64,000 bases of DNA from Bacteroidota bacterium (GCA_049523215.1 JBEKNC010000003.1:263394-327393); one strand, 5' to 3'; shown: positions 25,872-37,837, numbered from the stretch's first letter. Numbers and translations: made by a program. Notes: generated by a model from the letters alone, not told the origin.

Positions 25872-26768
25872 CTACGCCTTTGGATGTGACTCCTCATAGA
25901 CCTTTTTCATGCGGGCAGATGACACATGGGTGTATACTTGTGTGGTAGATAAACTTTCGTGTCCCAACAATTCTTTCACAGCGCGTATATCTGCTCCATG
26001 ATTAAGCAAGTGCGTTGCAAATGTATGACGCAGCACATGGGGACTCTTTTTCTCAATCTCTGAAACCGCTCCAATGTACTTCCGAACAATTCGACCAACT
26101 GCCTGAGGATACAATTTCCGACCTTTTCCGGTTACAAACAGAGATCGCTCGTTGTGTGTTCTCTGCGCTGCCAATAACAAATCTCTTCTTGTGGCAAGGT
26201 ATTCGTTGATTACTGATAATGCTTTTTTCCCAACAGGCACAAAACGCTCTTTGCGTCCCTTTCCCTTTACTTTGATCAGTCCTTCTTCCTGCTTGAGATC
26301 GTTCAACGTAAGATTAATTAATTCACTGAGGCGGATACCAGTACTGTAAAACAGTTCCATGATTGCTAGATCTCTTTTTTTGTGTGGTCCGGTATGATCT
26401 GAAGACAAAAAAAGTTTGCTCATCGACTGTTCATCCAAGAACACTGGCAATCTCTTTCCTACTTTCGGCGTGATGAGTACTAACGCAGGATTACCCTCTA
26501 CGATTTTGTGTCTCCGAAGATATTTAAAAAACGAACGCAGTGATGCAATTTTTCTGGCAACACTCCTTTGGCCAAAACCTTCATCGAGAAGAAATCCAAT
26601 AAATGCTCTTAACGATTCCTTATGTACTTGGTCAAAAGATTCTATCCTTTCGTTCCGAAGAAATTGAACCAAACTCATCAAATCTGTTTCGTACGAAAGG
26701 ATTGTATGAGCAGAATAATTCCGTTCTGTTTCTAAATATTCGAGGTAACCTCTGACGATCTTCTCCAT
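25872..26768 (-). CDS. Tyrosine site-specific recombinase, XerC/XerD family
   Basis: Catalytic motifs R...HxxR...Y: HVLRHTFATHLL, LGHESLSTTQVYTHV. Confidence 0.85.
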   Translation of the reverse strand: MEKIVRGYLEYLETERNYSAHTILSYETDLMSLVQFLRNERIESFDQVHKESLRAFIGFLLDEGFGQRSVARKIASLRSFFKYLRRHKIVEGNPALVLITPKVGKRLPVFLDEQSMSKLFLSSDHTGPHKKRDLAIMELFYSTGIRLSELINLTLNDLKQEEGLIKVKGKGRKERFVPVGKKALSVINEYLATRRDLLLAAQRTHNERSLFVTGKGRKLYPQAVGRIVRKYIGAVSEIEKKSPHVLRHTFATHLLNHGADIRAVKELLGHESLSTTQVYTHVSSARMKKVYEESHPKA

Positions 26769-26799
26769 AGTCCTTTTCGTTCCGTTACCCTTGCATCTC

Positions 26800-29058
26800 T
26801 TACGCCGAAGCAGCGACTTCTATCTGATCCACTTCCTGCTTACATACCGGACAGACCATGTACTCACCTTTTGTCTGAGAGTATTTCGCCACGACATATT
26901 CGTTGCCGCAGGATGTACATGCTTGAGCGACAGGTTTATCCCAAGAAGCAAAATCACAGTTGGGATATTTTGAACATCCATAAAACGTTCGCTTGCCTTT
27001 CTTTGTCTTCCGCTCGATAAGATCGCCCTCTTTACATTTCGGACATTTGATACCCATAGAAATGGGTTTTGTATTCTTGCATGTAGGATAATTTGAACAT
27101 CCAAGAAATGCCCCGAATCGTCCTCCCTTTACTACCATATCACCGCTACAGAGGTCACACTTCCCGCCTACAACATGTTGATGCTTCTCTGCGTCTTCGG
27201 CAAGCGGCTTAGTATTCTTGCATCCCGGATACCCTGTGCACGCCATGAATCTTCCGTTCCGTCCCCACTTTGTCACCATCGGCTTCCCGCACAACTCGCA
27301 CAGTTCTCCCGTCGTTTCCTGCATCGACTTCTTAATAGTGGACGCTAAACCGGAAGCTTTCTCCACTGCATGATGAAAGGGGCCATAAAAATCTTTCATG
27401 ACATTCAAATACTCTTGTTTACCGGATGCGATCGTATCTAACTCCTCCTCCATTTTTGCAGTAAACTTTACGTTGAATATTTCAGGGAAATGACTGACGA
27501 GTAACTTATTCACCTGCATGCCAAGTTCAGAAGCGTACAGCTTCCGTTCTTTCTGTTCAACATATTTTCGATCAACCACTGTTGTAACAATCATTGCATA
27601 GGTACTCGGACGACCGATACCGAGCGATTCTAATTCCTTCACCAGACTGGCTTCCGAATATCGACCCGGCGGTTTGGTGAAATGTTGCAGAGGAAGGAGT
27701 TCTGTAAGCTGAGCTGCTTGACCTTTCGCTAGATTCGCCGGAAGTTTTGATGTCGGATCGACATCCTCTTGTTCTCCACCGTTCTCTTCCACAATGTCAT
27801 CATACACCTGAAGGAACCCGCGAAATGTCGGAAGTTGATCGCTTGCCCGGAAAAGATAATCTCCTCCCGTTACTTCCACGGTGATTTGTTCAAATTCTGC
27901 CGGTTCCATCTGGCAAGCGATGAAACGATTCCAGATGAGTTCGTACAGCGCAAACATATCTTTATCGAGATACTTCTTCACAACTTTTGGTGTGAGTTTG
28001 ACAGAAGTAGGCCGAATGGCTTCATGCGCATCCTGAGATGCCTTTCCTTTCTTAAAAAGACGCGGCTCTTTCGGTAGGTACTCTTTACCATAATTATTGT
28101 AAATATATTCTCGTATGTGCGCTACTGCTTCTTCGCTCAAACGAGTAGAGTCGGTACGCATATAGGTGATGAGTCCCGTCAGTCCCTCTTCACCGATTTC
28201 CTGACCTTCATATAACTTCTGTGCTAACATCATTGTCCGTTTAGAGGACATCCGAAGTCGCTTCGCCGCTTCTTGTTGCAGCGTACTGGTAATAAAAGGC
28301 GCTGGGGCATTTCGCTTGACCGGTTTTCGAGAGACACTCGTAATTTCATATTGTTGTTTCCGGACGTCAGCGATATACCCGTTGGTCGTTGTTTCATCAG
28401 GCATTCGAGGATCATCACCTGCAACCTTAACAAGTTTTGCCAGAAATTTATCGTCACGCTGAGTTGTGAATTCTGCCGTCAACGACCAGTATTCTTCCGG
28501 CACAAACTTCAGAATGGATGCTTCCCGTTCGCAGATCAACCGCAGTGCTACTGATTGAACCCGCCCGGCCGATAGACCGTAATACATCGTCTTCCAAACG
28601 AACGGCGTTACTTTGTATCCTACAATCCGATCCATTGCACGCCGCGCTTGCTGAGACATCACCATGTGTGTGTCGATCTTCTTCGGATGCGCCATGCCAT
28701 CTTTGACACCGATTTCTGTGATTTCATGAAACAGTACGCGTCGAATGTGCTTATTGACATCTTTTACCTCATCGGCGATATGCGCAGCAATTGCTTCGCC
28801 TTCGCGGTCCGGATCAGTTGCGATAAATACTGCTTTTGCTTTCGCTGCTTTTTCTTTGATTCGGGCTACAATATTTTCTTTTCCTACGATAGTTTCGTAT
28901 ACCACTGAAAAGTCGTTATCGATATCAACGCTCAATTTGCTTTTTGGAAGATTTTTGATGTGACCAACAGAAGCTTCAACAATATACTCTTTCCCTAAAT
29001 ATTTGTTGATGGTTTTTGCTTTGGCGGGAGATTCTACAATAATAAGTGATTTTTCCAT
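26800..29058 (-). CDS. topA: DNA topoisomerase I with C-terminal zinc-ribbon repeats
   Basis: TOPRIM N-terminus (IVESPAKAKTI), active-site Tyr region and four C-terminal C4 zinc fingers. Confidence 0.9.
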   Translation of the reverse strand: MEKSLIIVESPAKAKTINKYLGKEYIVEASVGHIKNLPKSKLSVDIDNDFSVVYETIVGKENIVARIKEKAAKAKAVFIATDPDREGEAIAAHIADEVKDVNKHIRRVLFHEITEIGVKDGMAHPKKIDTHMVMSQQARRAMDRIVGYKVTPFVWKTMYYGLSAGRVQSVALRLICEREASILKFVPEEYWSLTAEFTTQRDDKFLAKLVKVAGDDPRMPDETTTNGYIADVRKQQYEITSVSRKPVKRNAPAPFITSTLQQEAAKRLRMSSKRTMMLAQKLYEGQEIGEEGLTGLITYMRTDSTRLSEEAVAHIREYIYNNYGKEYLPKEPRLFKKGKASQDAHEAIRPTSVKLTPKVVKKYLDKDMFALYELIWNRFIACQMEPAEFEQITVEVTGGDYLFRASDQLPTFRGFLQVYDDIVEENGGEQEDVDPTSKLPANLAKGQAAQLTELLPLQHFTKPPGRYSEASLVKELESLGIGRPSTYAMIVTTVVDRKYVEQKERKLYASELGMQVNKLLVSHFPEIFNVKFTAKMEEELDTIASGKQEYLNVMKDFYGPFHHAVEKASGLASTIKKSMQETTGELCELCGKPMVTKWGRNGRFMACTGYPGCKNTKPLAEDAEKHQHVVGGKCDLCSGDMVVKGGRFGAFLGCSNYPTCKNTKPISMGIKCPKCKEGDLIERKTKKGKRTFYGCSKYPNCDFASWDKPVAQACTSCGNEYVVAKYSQTKGEYMVCPVCKQEVDQIEVAASA

Positions 29059-29070
29059 ACTGCCTATTCT

Positions 29071-29517
29071 TCAGTGAATCGTATCATTCATACCAAGTGA
29101 AACCTGTCCATTGCTGCCTTCCATATCAAATAAATATCCAGCAACAAAGGATTTCATTTCCGGTAATCCTATGGTTGTAAATCCTGCCGTCATAATTCGT
29201 TCGATGATGGTTTCAACATCAATATTGTTAAAAAGTCCAAGCTGCTGACATTGAATCAAATAACCATATGCTTGCGATTCAACGACCATCTTCTCAGTAT
29301 CATTCAACATGCGATGCGATGTGCTAGCTCCGCTGGTAACATCTGTCATGGATTTTCCCAGAGAGAGACGTTCAAAGAGCCATGAAAATGCCGATGAAAT
29401 TTCGCTTTGCGTATAACCATCACGCGTCAGCGACGATACATCCACATCACTGAGACGCTTATTGGAACGCAATTCACTTACCAGATATAATATTATTTCC
29501 ACAATCCGTTCTTGCAT
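29071..29517 (-). CDS. smg: DUF494 (Smg) family protein
   Basis: About 150 aa with Smg-like conserved positions. It is adjacent to topA, as smg commonly is. Confidence 0.55.
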   Translation of the reverse strand: MQERIVEIILYLVSELRSNKRLSDVDVSSLTRDGYTQSEISSAFSWLFERLSLGKSMTDVTSGASTSHRMLNDTEKMVVESQAYGYLIQCQQLGLFNNIDVETIIERIMTAGFTTIGLPEMKSFVAGYLFDMEGSNGQVSLGMNDTIH

Positions 29518-29523
29518 AACTCC

Positions 29524-29961
29524 TTACTTCCTTTTCTTTTTCTTCATCAATTCTAAATATATATCCTCACGCTCACTCATCTTTTTCTTTCTGCCTCTTG
29601 TTGTGTCATCGTACCCAAGCAGATGAAGCGCACCGTGGATCAGCAGTCGACGCGACTCTTGAGTGTATGTCACACCATATTCACGGGCTTGTTTTCGCAC
29701 CGCATCCAAATTAATATAAATTTCCCCTTCCACGCCGCCATCTTCTCCAAGCGGAAAGGCAATTACATCGGTTACATAGTCGTGCTTAAGAAAGTCCCGA
29801 TTCATCTTCCTGATAGAACGGTTATGAGTAAAGACGATTGCGAGTGAAGGAAGTTCCTTCCCTTCTCCCCGATAGACAAGATACAACGCACGGAGAACAT
29901 CCCCGCTGGAAAACCGCAGATGAGGATGGTTGGTCGATATAAGAATCATTCGCTGCGTCAT
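29524..29961 (-). CDS. ybeY: rRNA maturation endoribonuclease YbeY
   Basis: HGxLHLxGYDH-type motif HGALHLLGYDD. Confidence 0.85.
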   Translation of the reverse strand: MTQRMILISTNHPHLRFSSGDVLRALYLVYRGEGKELPSLAIVFTHNRSIRKMNRDFLKHDYVTDVIAFPLGEDGGVEGEIYINLDAVRKQAREYGVTYTQESRRLLIHGALHLLGYDDTTRGRKKKMSEREDIYLELMKKKKRK

Positions 29962-30461
29962 CTCCGCTTCTGACTCCTTCCCCGCACATGTTCCGATGGT
30001 TTCTTGTGAACTTGCGGTGGAAGAATCGATTCGGTCAATGACAATGCAATACCCGAGAGCATCACTTCGGGTCCCAGTTTTGTAAAATCACCGGATAATA
30101 TTTCCCGATCAACATTCGCGTAGAGCGAGCACCCGCCTTCGCGTTCAATGGTTAAGCCGGAAAGTTTTCCATCTGACTCTCCGATAAAAGTAATTTCTCC
30201 TAACATCTTACTGACAACATACCCCGTACAGAAATGCAACTGCAGATGCGCCGTAGAGGTATAGACCGAGATGAGACTTCCTTTTCGATTACCGATTTCA
30301 ATATTGGAATAAATCTCTACTGCCAGTTTCCTCTGCTGTTTTTTATTTTCAATTTCAAAACGCATGCTGCTTCCAATATGCTTCGGTTTGACCTCCAGCA
30401 CTTGTGCCAACTTTTGAAAATCTTTTTGTTTGAATTCGAATGTCATTCTTACTTGTCTCAA
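29958..30461 (-). CDS. Hypothetical protein, 4-bp overlap with ybeY (same operon)
   Basis: ORF with translational coupling to ybeY. No recognisable motif. Confidence 0.4.
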   Translation of the reverse strand: MRQVRMTFEFKQKDFQKLAQVLEVKPKHIGSSMRFEIENKKQQRKLAVEIYSNIEIGNRKGSLISVYTSTAHLQLHFCTGYVVSKMLGEITFIGESDGKLSGLTIEREGGCSLYANVDREILSGDFTKLGPEVMLSGIALSLTESILPPQVHKKPSEHVRGRSQKRR

Positions 30462-30593
30462 AGAAAATCTTTTAATTCATGTTCCATTTTTCTACAATTG
30501 CTCTCCGCATGTCCACATCCACTGCTCTACGATAAGCACTCAGAGTACAAATAACCATCGCCAATATACATTCCGCCTCAGTGAATGTCAAGT

Positions 30594-31496
30594 TCAGATA
30601 GAAATTGTTGTATTCTCAACAGCAGCTTCACACTCGAATTTGTATCCCCTGCTTCTGATCTCCTTTTTACATTTTTTTAGAATGTCATCCACTTTTTCGT
30701 CGCTATGATTCTGATCGTGATGAAAAATATACAATCGCCGCACATTCGCTTCCGCTGCCAATCGAAGCGAGAAGAGATAATCCGAGTGTCCCCAGCCAAT
30801 GCGATCAATGTATTCTTCTGGCGTATAAGTCGTGTCATGAATCAGCACATCCGCGCCCCGGCAAAAATCAAAGATACGTTGGTTGGGATCGCCGGTGCTA
30901 TCACTCATAAATTTTTCTTTTACCTTCGGCTCAAAATTACTCATCAAAGCCGCTGATGCCCTATCAAACGGCTCGTTGTCGCTGATGTAAATGAGTGACT
31001 TTCCTTTATATTCCACGCGATACCCAAGCGAGAATCCAGGATGATTCACGTAGATCATCTTCACCAATGCATCATACACTTTCATTTCACCTTCTTCCCT
31101 GATTGGTACAAATTTGATCTTCGCCTTAAGATCATGAAGCTGTACCGGGAAATAGATTCGGTTCATTTGTTCCGAGATGATTTCGTTCAGCGGTTTCTCG
31201 GCGCGATCTGTCCCAATAATTGTCAACTCGTTGCCGGGAATGAATGCCGGCTTGAAAAATGGAAATCCCTGAATGTGATCCCAGTGCGGGTGTGAAATGA
31301 AAAGATGCGCTTTGACGGATTCTCCCTTATTGATTAAATAATCCCCGAAACTACGGATCCCTGTACCAGCATCGAAAATAATAAGCCGATCGTCATCCAG
31401 ACGGAGTTCCAAACATGGGGTATTGCCGCCATAGCGAACAGTATGCTTTCCAGGAGTCGGAATGGAACCACGCACACCCCAAAATGTTAGTTTCAT
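30594..31496 (-). CDS. MBL-fold metallo-hydrolase
   Basis: HxHxDH motif (ISHPHWDHIQG) plus downstream His/Asp ligands. Confidence 0.8.
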   Translation of the reverse strand: MKLTFWGVRGSIPTPGKHTVRYGGNTPCLELRLDDDRLIIFDAGTGIRSFGDYLINKGESVKAHLFISHPHWDHIQGFPFFKPAFIPGNELTIIGTDRAEKPLNEIISEQMNRIYFPVQLHDLKAKIKFVPIREEGEMKVYDALVKMIYVNHPGFSLGYRVEYKGKSLIYISDNEPFDRASAALMSNFEPKVKEKFMSDSTGDPNQRIFDFCRGADVLIHDTTYTPEEYIDRIGWGHSDYLFSLRLAAEANVRRLYIFHHDQNHSDEKVDDILKKCKKEIRSRGYKFECEAAVENTTISI

Positions 31497-31515
31497 AGTA
31501 TGTCTCTTTGGTTAT

Positions 31516-32073
31516 TCATGATCGATAGTTATCACAATAGCGAACATAGTTCGCAGCCGACCGATGTAAAAATTGTTTTTCTTCTTCCGTAAGAGGTCGT
31601 TTAATTTTTGCCGGAACTCCGGCAACAAGCATTCCTTCTGGAACATTAAATCCTTCCAGCACCATCGCCCCGGCAGCTACAATAGAATTTCTGCAAATAC
31701 GAACACCATCTAGCACAATCGCTCCCATCCCGATCAAACAACAATCGTCAACAGTGCATCCATGGAGAACAGCGCTGTGTCCAATAGTTACCTCCGAGCC
31801 GATATGAAGCGGTGCAGTTTTCGTCGTCACGTGCAAAACCGCATTATCCTGAACATTCGTACATGCACCGATACGAATGTAATTTACATCACCACGAACA
31901 ACCGCATTAAACCAGATGCTGCTCTTCTCTTCAATCTCCACGTCACCGATGATTCTTGCACCTTCAGCAACAAATACCGAAGGATGAAGACGCGGTATTT
32001 GCCCCCGATATGGAATTAAATCGCTCAATTCTCTGTCGTTGCTTTTGGGGGCATCCAATCGCCGCGTTTCCAT
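31516..32073 (-). CDS. Gamma-carbonic-anhydrase-like / hexapeptide-repeat protein
   Basis: Left-handed beta-helix hexapeptide repeats and a His triad pattern (HxxxxH). The annotated start overlaps the upstream gene, so the true start may be a non-ATG codon. Confidence 0.75.
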   Translation of the reverse strand: METRRLDAPKSNDRELSDLIPYRGQIPRLHPSVFVAEGARIIGDVEIEEKSSIWFNAVVRGDVNYIRIGACTNVQDNAVLHVTTKTAPLHIGSEVTIGHSAVLHGCTVDDCCLIGMGAIVLDGVRICRNSIVAAGAMVLEGFNVPEGMLVAGVPAKIKRPLTEEEKQFLHRSAANYVRYCDNYRS

Positions 32074-32900
32074 TTCCTTAATTCCACGCGAACGCTTCCT
32101 ACAACCACTTTCATTCGTGCGGTTATAGGAATACCAGCAAGATCGTTGCTAAAGACTCCTTCAAAGGCACCGGTCAAGCCGAATACTCCGACAAATTCTG
32201 CACGTCCGTCCAGCTTGACAACATCTATCGGATAATCAACCGCTTCAATCTCTTCTTCCAAGTTTTCAATGCCCAAATTTATTTTTGTTGTCACTTCGTT
32301 TGTATCGATGAAGGTTGGAATACTCTTCTGCCTTCTCTCTAGTACATGTTCTCGTGCGTAATAGAACAGTGATAACCCATCCTGACATTCTGGTGTAATA
32401 GCAACGGTGTCTGTACCGTTTTGTTTCCGCTCACCTGATGGCAATCTTTCTCCCCATTCGAAGTACATCTTGTTTTTCTTGTAATCGAAACTCATCTTCC
32501 GATAGGTCACTTTTTTACTCGTGCTGTCTTCGCTCACCCATCCATAGGAAAATGCATCCTGATCAATTTCACTATAGAAGCGGACATGCAGGTCAACCAG
32601 CCAACTGAGTGATGGATTCGAATCCATGAACGCAGAGGCATGGTACACTGTCCTTCCATTTCGTTCTTCTTTATCTGTTACTCTGAAAATTATTTTCCCG
32701 ATATTGAAGAACGAATAATGAACACTATACTCCAATTCTTCTCCCACTTGAAGCATTCTCTTTATCGGAGGTGTTGTCGACTCAACAGGATTGACGGAAG
32801 AGTCCTGGTTTTGCTTTGAGAAGCAAAAAATAGTTTGTGAAACTATGAGTACAGCAATGGCACTACCACTCAGAACCCGCAGCGATTTCATTCTAATCAA
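32025..32900 (-). CDS. Secreted hypothetical protein (DUF3108-like?)
   Basis: Signal peptide and a beta-rich composition. The family assignment is tentative. Confidence 0.4.
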   Translation of the reverse strand: MIRMKSLRVLSGSAIAVLIVSQTIFCFSKQNQDSSVNPVESTTPPIKRMLQVGEELEYSVHYSFFNIGKIIFRVTDKEERNGRTVYHASAFMDSNPSLSWLVDLHVRFYSEIDQDAFSYGWVSEDSTSKKVTYRKMSFDYKKNKMYFEWGERLPSGERKQNGTDTVAITPECQDGLSLFYYAREHVLERRQKSIPTFIDTNEVTTKINLGIENLEEEIEAVDYPIDVVKLDGRAEFVGVFGLTGAFEGVFSNDLAGIPITARMKVVVGSVRVELRKWKRGDWMPPKATTEN

Positions 32901-32908
32901 ATTATCTC

Positions 32909-34537
32909 TTATTCTAGTTTAGCAATTTTCTCTGCTTCCGGGAAGAGAGTTAACGCCTTCCGTATTTGATTATCGACACCTGCCAAAATACCAATAGATC
33001 CCTCGAACCCAAAAATCATTTGCGCTATTTCCGCTTTGAGCCGTGCTTTCAAGAAATCGATATCTTTCAAATATTCTTTCTCCTCGATTTTAATTTCTTT
33101 GCTCTCAACAAACCTGCGAAACTCATTCATGAATTCTTCCGATATGACATATTTCAATTTATACTCTTCATAGTGTTTATCATACTTTTTTCTCAGAGCA
33201 AACCCCGGTCCTTCCATATATATTTTGATAAAGTCATAGAAAAGGTTCTTACGAAAAATTGTCAAGACCAATCCAGTTGCCCTTTCAGATTTGACAACAT
33301 AATCCGGTGTAATGCCTCCACCACCGAGGACAGTTCGTCCGCCATTTGTTTTAAAAATGGGAATAGTTGTATCAGGCTTCGCGTCATGTTTGTGCTCGAG
33401 ATTGTATCCTTCTTGCTCATCCCGCTGAAAAGCTTCCATTTGATATTCATCTTTGTCTTTCCCTTCATACGACCTCTGGATCAGCCGCCCGCTCGGCGTA
33501 TAATACCGTGCAACAGTGAGCCGGAATGCCGAACCGTCCTGCAACGGCCACTGCCTCTGAACCAATCCCTTGCCAAACGATGTCTCACCCACGATCAAAC
33601 CGCGATCCCAATCTTGTATCGCACCTGCTACTATTTCGCTTGCGCTTGCAGAGGCATTGTTGACAAGAATAATCAGCGGAAGTTTTTCATATGGTTCACC
33701 TGTTTTCGCAGAATATGTTTCTTCAAAGTCGGGTTTTCGAGCTTTTGTGTAAACTATTCGGTGCGGGTTTTCGGTTGTTCCTCCGTCAAGGAATTGATCG
33801 ACCATACGAACAGCTTCTTCTAAATACCCGCCGCCGTTGCCTCGTAAATCAAGGATGAGCTTTTTCATTCCATCTTCGTGGAGCTTTTGAAGCGCTTTTT
33901 CCATTTCGGTGTGTGTTGTCTCTTTGAATTGATTCACGAGAATATATCCTACTTCCTTATCCAGCATAAATGCAGCATCGATACTCGTGATCGCAATCTC
34001 ATCGCGGATAATAACGAACTCAAGGATTTCCTTTACGCTCGGGCGTACTATGGAAATCTTTACTCTCGTGCCTTTTGGTCCACGGAGAGTGTGCATCACT
34101 TGTTGATCTGTCCATTTAATAGATGACGTATCGTTGATCTTTACGATACGATCATTTGAAATGACGCCCATACGTGCCGATGGTCCGCCGCCGATAGGCT
34201 CAATCACGGTGATCGTGTCATTCAGAACGCGGAAAGAAATTCCCACCCCTTCAAACTTTCCCTTGAACTTCTCCATTACATCTTCATATTGCTTGGGGGG
34301 GATATATACCGAGTGCGGATCGAGTGTATTCAGCATTCCAACAATCGCTGCATCGGTCAGTTTTCCTGTATCAACATCTTCTACGTATGCCTTGTCTGTG
34401 GCACTGAGAACATCTCCAAACTTCTTAATCTGTGTGTAGATGTTGTCGGCAGAAACCAGCTTGTCGATTCCCATGCCTGCAAAAATACTGATAACGACCA
34501 ATGCCGCGAGAGTAGCCAAAGAAAATCTTTTCTTCAT
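32909..34537 (-). CDS. S41 family C-terminal processing peptidase with PDZ domain
   Basis: Ser/Lys dyad region GNGGGYL and TSFGKGLVQ, PDZ domain. The likely true start is MKKRFSL at about 34537; the ORF track extends to 34651. Confidence 0.85.
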   Translation of the reverse strand: MKKRFSLATLAALVVISIFAGMGIDKLVSADNIYTQIKKFGDVLSATDKAYVEDVDTGKLTDAAIVGMLNTLDPHSVYIPPKQYEDVMEKFKGKFEGVGISFRVLNDTITVIEPIGGGPSARMGVISNDRIVKINDTSSIKWTDQQVMHTLRGPKGTRVKISIVRPSVKEILEFVIIRDEIAITSIDAAFMLDKEVGYILVNQFKETTHTEMEKALQKLHEDGMKKLILDLRGNGGGYLEEAVRMVDQFLDGGTTENPHRIVYTKARKPDFEETYSAKTGEPYEKLPLIILVNNASASASEIVAGAIQDWDRGLIVGETSFGKGLVQRQWPLQDGSAFRLTVARYYTPSGRLIQRSYEGKDKDEYQMEAFQRDEQEGYNLEHKHDAKPDTTIPIFKTNGGRTVLGGGGITPDYVVKSERATGLVLTIFRKNLFYDFIKIYMEGPGFALRKKYDKHYEEYKLKYVISEEFMNEFRRFVESKEIKIEEKEYLKDIDFLKARLKAEIAQMIFGFEGSIGILAGVDNQIRKALTLFPEAEKIAKLE

Positions 34538-34736
34538 CACTTTTTCCTTTAGAATTATCAACTCATTTTCAATATAGTTCCATTGATTCAAAACTATACT
34601 TTCTATCACTTTGAATAATAAGGTACGTGAAATCGATGGAAAATCAAACAACAGCCATCATAGACTTTTTTTAATTACGGATATTCATTGAGAGAGTTGC
34701 TGTTTTATGCATGTCACTTTCACAGCTCATCTTTTC

Positions 34737-36272
34737 TTAGCGTTCTTCGGATTTCATTTGTGGGAAGAAGATGACATCCCTGATCGAATCCTGATTCGTC
34801 AACAACATAGTAAGACGATCGATACCGATACCCAATCCCGTTGTTGGGGGCATGCCATATTCAAGAGCGCGAAGGAAATCTTCATCAAGCACTTGCGCTT
34901 CTTCATCACCACGATCAAGGAGTTTCATCTGCTCTTCAAATCTTGATCGTTGATCAAGCGGATCGTTCAATTCAGAAAACGCATTGCATAATTCCTTCCC
35001 GTTCACAATTGCCTCGAAGCGCTCAACTAATCCCGGCTCCATGCGGTGCTTCTTTGCGAGCGGTGACATCTCAAGCGGATAGTCGGTGATGAATGTCGGT
35101 TGGATTAAATGCGGTTCTACTTTTTCGCCGAAGATTTCATCAATGATCCCGCCTGCACCTATTTTCGGATCTACTTCGATGTGCAATTCTTTCGCGATCT
35201 TTCGCAACTCATCTTCCGCTTTGCCCCTGAGATCTTTGCCGGTCTTTTCCTTGATAGCATCAAACACCGTTATTCTTTTCCAAGGCGGCGTGAAATCAAT
35301 TTCATGATTTCCTACTTTCGCAATCGTCGTTCCGTTGATCGCCATTGCTATCGTTGAAACAAGTTCTTCCACCAAATTCATCATCCAGCGATAATCTTTG
35401 TAGGCAACGTAGAGTTCCATCATCGTAAACTCCGGATTGTGCGTCCGATCCATGCCTTCATTGCGAAAATCTTTGGAAATTTCATACACCCTATCATAGC
35501 CGCCGACAATGAGGCGTTTAAGATACAACTCATCTGCAATACGCATATAAAGCTTGACATCGAGTGCATTATGATGAGTAACAAATGGTCGAGCAGATGC
35601 GCCCCCGTAGATTGGCTGTAAAACAGGCGTTTCCACTTCAAGATACCCACGCTCATCTAAAAACCTGCGAAGAGTACTGATGATCTTTGCCCGTTTTACA
35701 AACACTTGCCGCACATTCTGATTGACTGCAAGGTCGAGATACCGTTGGCGGTAACGTAACTCCTTGTCCGAAAACGGGTCATAGACAATTTTATTCCCTT
35801 GTTCATCAATTTTTTCTTTAGCGATAGGCAAAGGCCGAAGAGATTTTGATAAAAGGATAAATTCCGATGCATGAATCGATACTTCTCCCATCTTCGTTCG
35901 AAAGACAAATCCCTTGATACCGACGATGTCACCGATATCCATCAACTTGAAAGCATCGTACACTGCGCCAAGATCGTCTCGTTTCAAATACGCCTGTATT
36001 CTCCCCTGCGAATCTTGAATGTGACAGAATGATGCTTTCCCCATCCTGCGAATGGACATAATCCGCCCTGCTATTGCTACCATGCGCTGGGGAGCATCAT
36101 CACGAAATTGTTCGATAATTTGAACAGAGAACGCATCTCTGTCAAATTCATATGGGTATGGATTGATGCCGAGTTTAGTCAGTTGTTCTAATTCTTCCCG
36201 ACGACGAAGCATCAGCACATTCAAGTCTTCAGGTTCGTGTTCGGTCGATTGAGTTTTCTTTCCGTCGGTCAT
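34737..36272 (-). CDS. lysS: Lysine--tRNA ligase (class II)
   Basis: N-terminal OB anticodon-binding domain and class II motifs 1-3 (FRNEG, GGIDRL). Confidence 0.9.
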   Translation of the reverse strand: MTDGKKTQSTEHEPEDLNVLMLRRREELEQLTKLGINPYPYEFDRDAFSVQIIEQFRDDAPQRMVAIAGRIMSIRRMGKASFCHIQDSQGRIQAYLKRDDLGAVYDAFKLMDIGDIVGIKGFVFRTKMGEVSIHASEFILLSKSLRPLPIAKEKIDEQGNKIVYDPFSDKELRYRQRYLDLAVNQNVRQVFVKRAKIISTLRRFLDERGYLEVETPVLQPIYGGASARPFVTHHNALDVKLYMRIADELYLKRLIVGGYDRVYEISKDFRNEGMDRTHNPEFTMMELYVAYKDYRWMMNLVEELVSTIAMAINGTTIAKVGNHEIDFTPPWKRITVFDAIKEKTGKDLRGKAEDELRKIAKELHIEVDPKIGAGGIIDEIFGEKVEPHLIQPTFITDYPLEMSPLAKKHRMEPGLVERFEAIVNGKELCNAFSELNDPLDQRSRFEEQMKLLDRGDEEAQVLDEDFLRALEYGMPPTTGLGIGIDRLTMLLTNQDSIRDVIFFPQMKSEER

Positions 36273-36319
36273 TATTCTTCCAAATTTCAGATTAATTGAA
36301 GAGTCTGGTAAAATTTTTG

Positions 36320-37837
36320 TTATGATAAAAGATTAAGTCTATCAGGATTACACCTGCCGTAGAGTGCAGTGAGCTCATAGAGTCGATTCGCCGAATCAGT
36401 TCCGACTTGATCCCAAGTAAAACGCCATTCCCAATTCCCTTCGATTGTGCCTGGGATATTCATTCGCCCCTCACTACCAAGTCCAATGACATCTTGATAC
36501 GGAATAACTGCAATATCTGCCACTGATTCCAAAGCAAGCTTTATAAAATCCCATTGAATTTCTTTCCCATCCGTTTTACAATATCTCCTGACAAAATCGC
36601 GTTCATGATTCGATGTTTTTTCATACCACCCGCGCGTTGTATCATTGTCATGTGTGCCGGTGTAGACAACACAGTTTGGTTCGTACCGATGAGGAAGAAA
36701 AGCATTCTCGGGTCCGCTGTTGAATGCAAATTGGAGTACTTTCATACCTGGAAATTCCAATTTCTCACGCAACGCATGCACTTCCGTTGTAATAATTCCT
36801 AAATCCTCAGCAATGATAGGCAATGTACCTAGTTTTCGTTGAACATTCTTAAAGAATTCCTCACCCGGCCCTTTCACCCATCTACCTTTTTCTGCAGTCT
36901 CTTCTTCTTCGGGAATCTCCCAATATGTTTCGAAACCCCGAAAATGGTCGATGCGAAGAACATCAAACAACGCAAATGTCTTTCTGAAACGTTCGATCCA
37001 CCATTGATACTTGGTTTCCTTTATAACATCCCATCGATACAGTGGATTTCCCCATCGTTGCCCTGTTTTACTAAAGTAATCCGGAGGGACTCCGGCAACA
37101 ACCGTAGGCATTCCATCTTTATCTAAATGAAACTCCTTAGGATGCGCCCAAACATCTGCACTATGATAAGCGACAAAAATGGGAATGTCTCCAACAAATA
37201 TTACATTTCTGTCATTTGCATATTTCTTCAATAAACTCCACTGTCGAGCGAAACACCACTGTGTGAATTTGTGGATGGCGACGCTATCGTGCAATTCTTC
37301 AGAGGCTTTCTTCAGTGCATTTGGCTCTCGATGCGCCAGATTAGCATCCCAGGAAGACCATTCCTGCTCGCCATGCTTATGATTAAGCGCTTGAAAAAGT
37401 GCATAATCATCCAACCATGACTTTTCAGCCGCACAATACAGAACATACTGCTTCATATCTTCTGAAGTTCCTTGTTTAAAAAATTGCTCTGATGCCTTCG
37501 CAAGCATCCTCATTCTGAAGTCTGTAACTTCTGAATAATTAACTCGATAAGCTGAAAGACCTTGAGTGATACAAAGGTCTTCTTGAGTCAGCCAGCCATG
37601 AGAAACAAGTTCCTGCAGATCAATAAGTAACGGGCTTCCTGCAAAAGCGGAATGTGACATATATGGAGAGTTTGCCAAGCCTGCCGGACCAAGGGGGAGC
37701 ATTTGCCAGATGGATTGACCTGCTGCAACTAACCAATCAACAAAATGGTAGGCTGGTGCACCAAGATCCCCTGAACCAAATTGTCCGGGTAATGATGTAG
37801 GATGGAGAAGAATACCACTGCTACGAGGAAATCTCAT
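36320..37837 (-). CDS. malQ: 4-alpha-glucanotransferase (amylomaltase, GH77)
   Basis: GH77 conserved segments ([30 protein letters not shown]). Confidence 0.85.
   Translation of the reverse strand: MRFPRSSGILLHPTSLPGQFGSGDLGAPAYHFVDWLVAAGQSIWQMLPLGPAGLANSPYMSHSAFAGSPLLIDLQELVSHGWLTQEDLCITQGLSAYRVNYSEVTDFRMRMLAKASEQFFKQGTSEDMKQYVLYCAAEKSWLDDYALFQALNHKHGEQEWSSWDANLAHREPNALKKASEELHDSVAIHKFTQWCFARQWSLLKKYANDRNVIFVGDIPIFVAYHSADVWAHPKEFHLDKDGMPTVVAGVPPDYFSKTGQRWGNPLYRWDVIKETKYQWWIERFRKTFALFDVLRIDHFRGFETYWEIPEEEETAEKGRWVKGPGEEFFKNVQRKLGTLPIIAEDLGIITTEVHALREKLEFPGMKVLQFAFNSGPENAFLPHRYEPNCVVYTGTHDNDTTRGWYEKTSNHERDFVRRYCKTDGKEIQWDFIKLALESVADIAVIPYQDVIGLGSEGRMNIPGTIEGNWEWRFTWDQVGTDSANRLYELTALYGRCNPDRLNLLS

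Noticed and set aside
31516-32073. 48-nt overlap between the gamma-CA-like gene start and the upstream gene end as evidence of a frameshift or pseudogene
   Set aside because: More simply explained by a downstream or non-ATG start codon for the gamma-CA-like gene. Both reading frames are otherwise intact.
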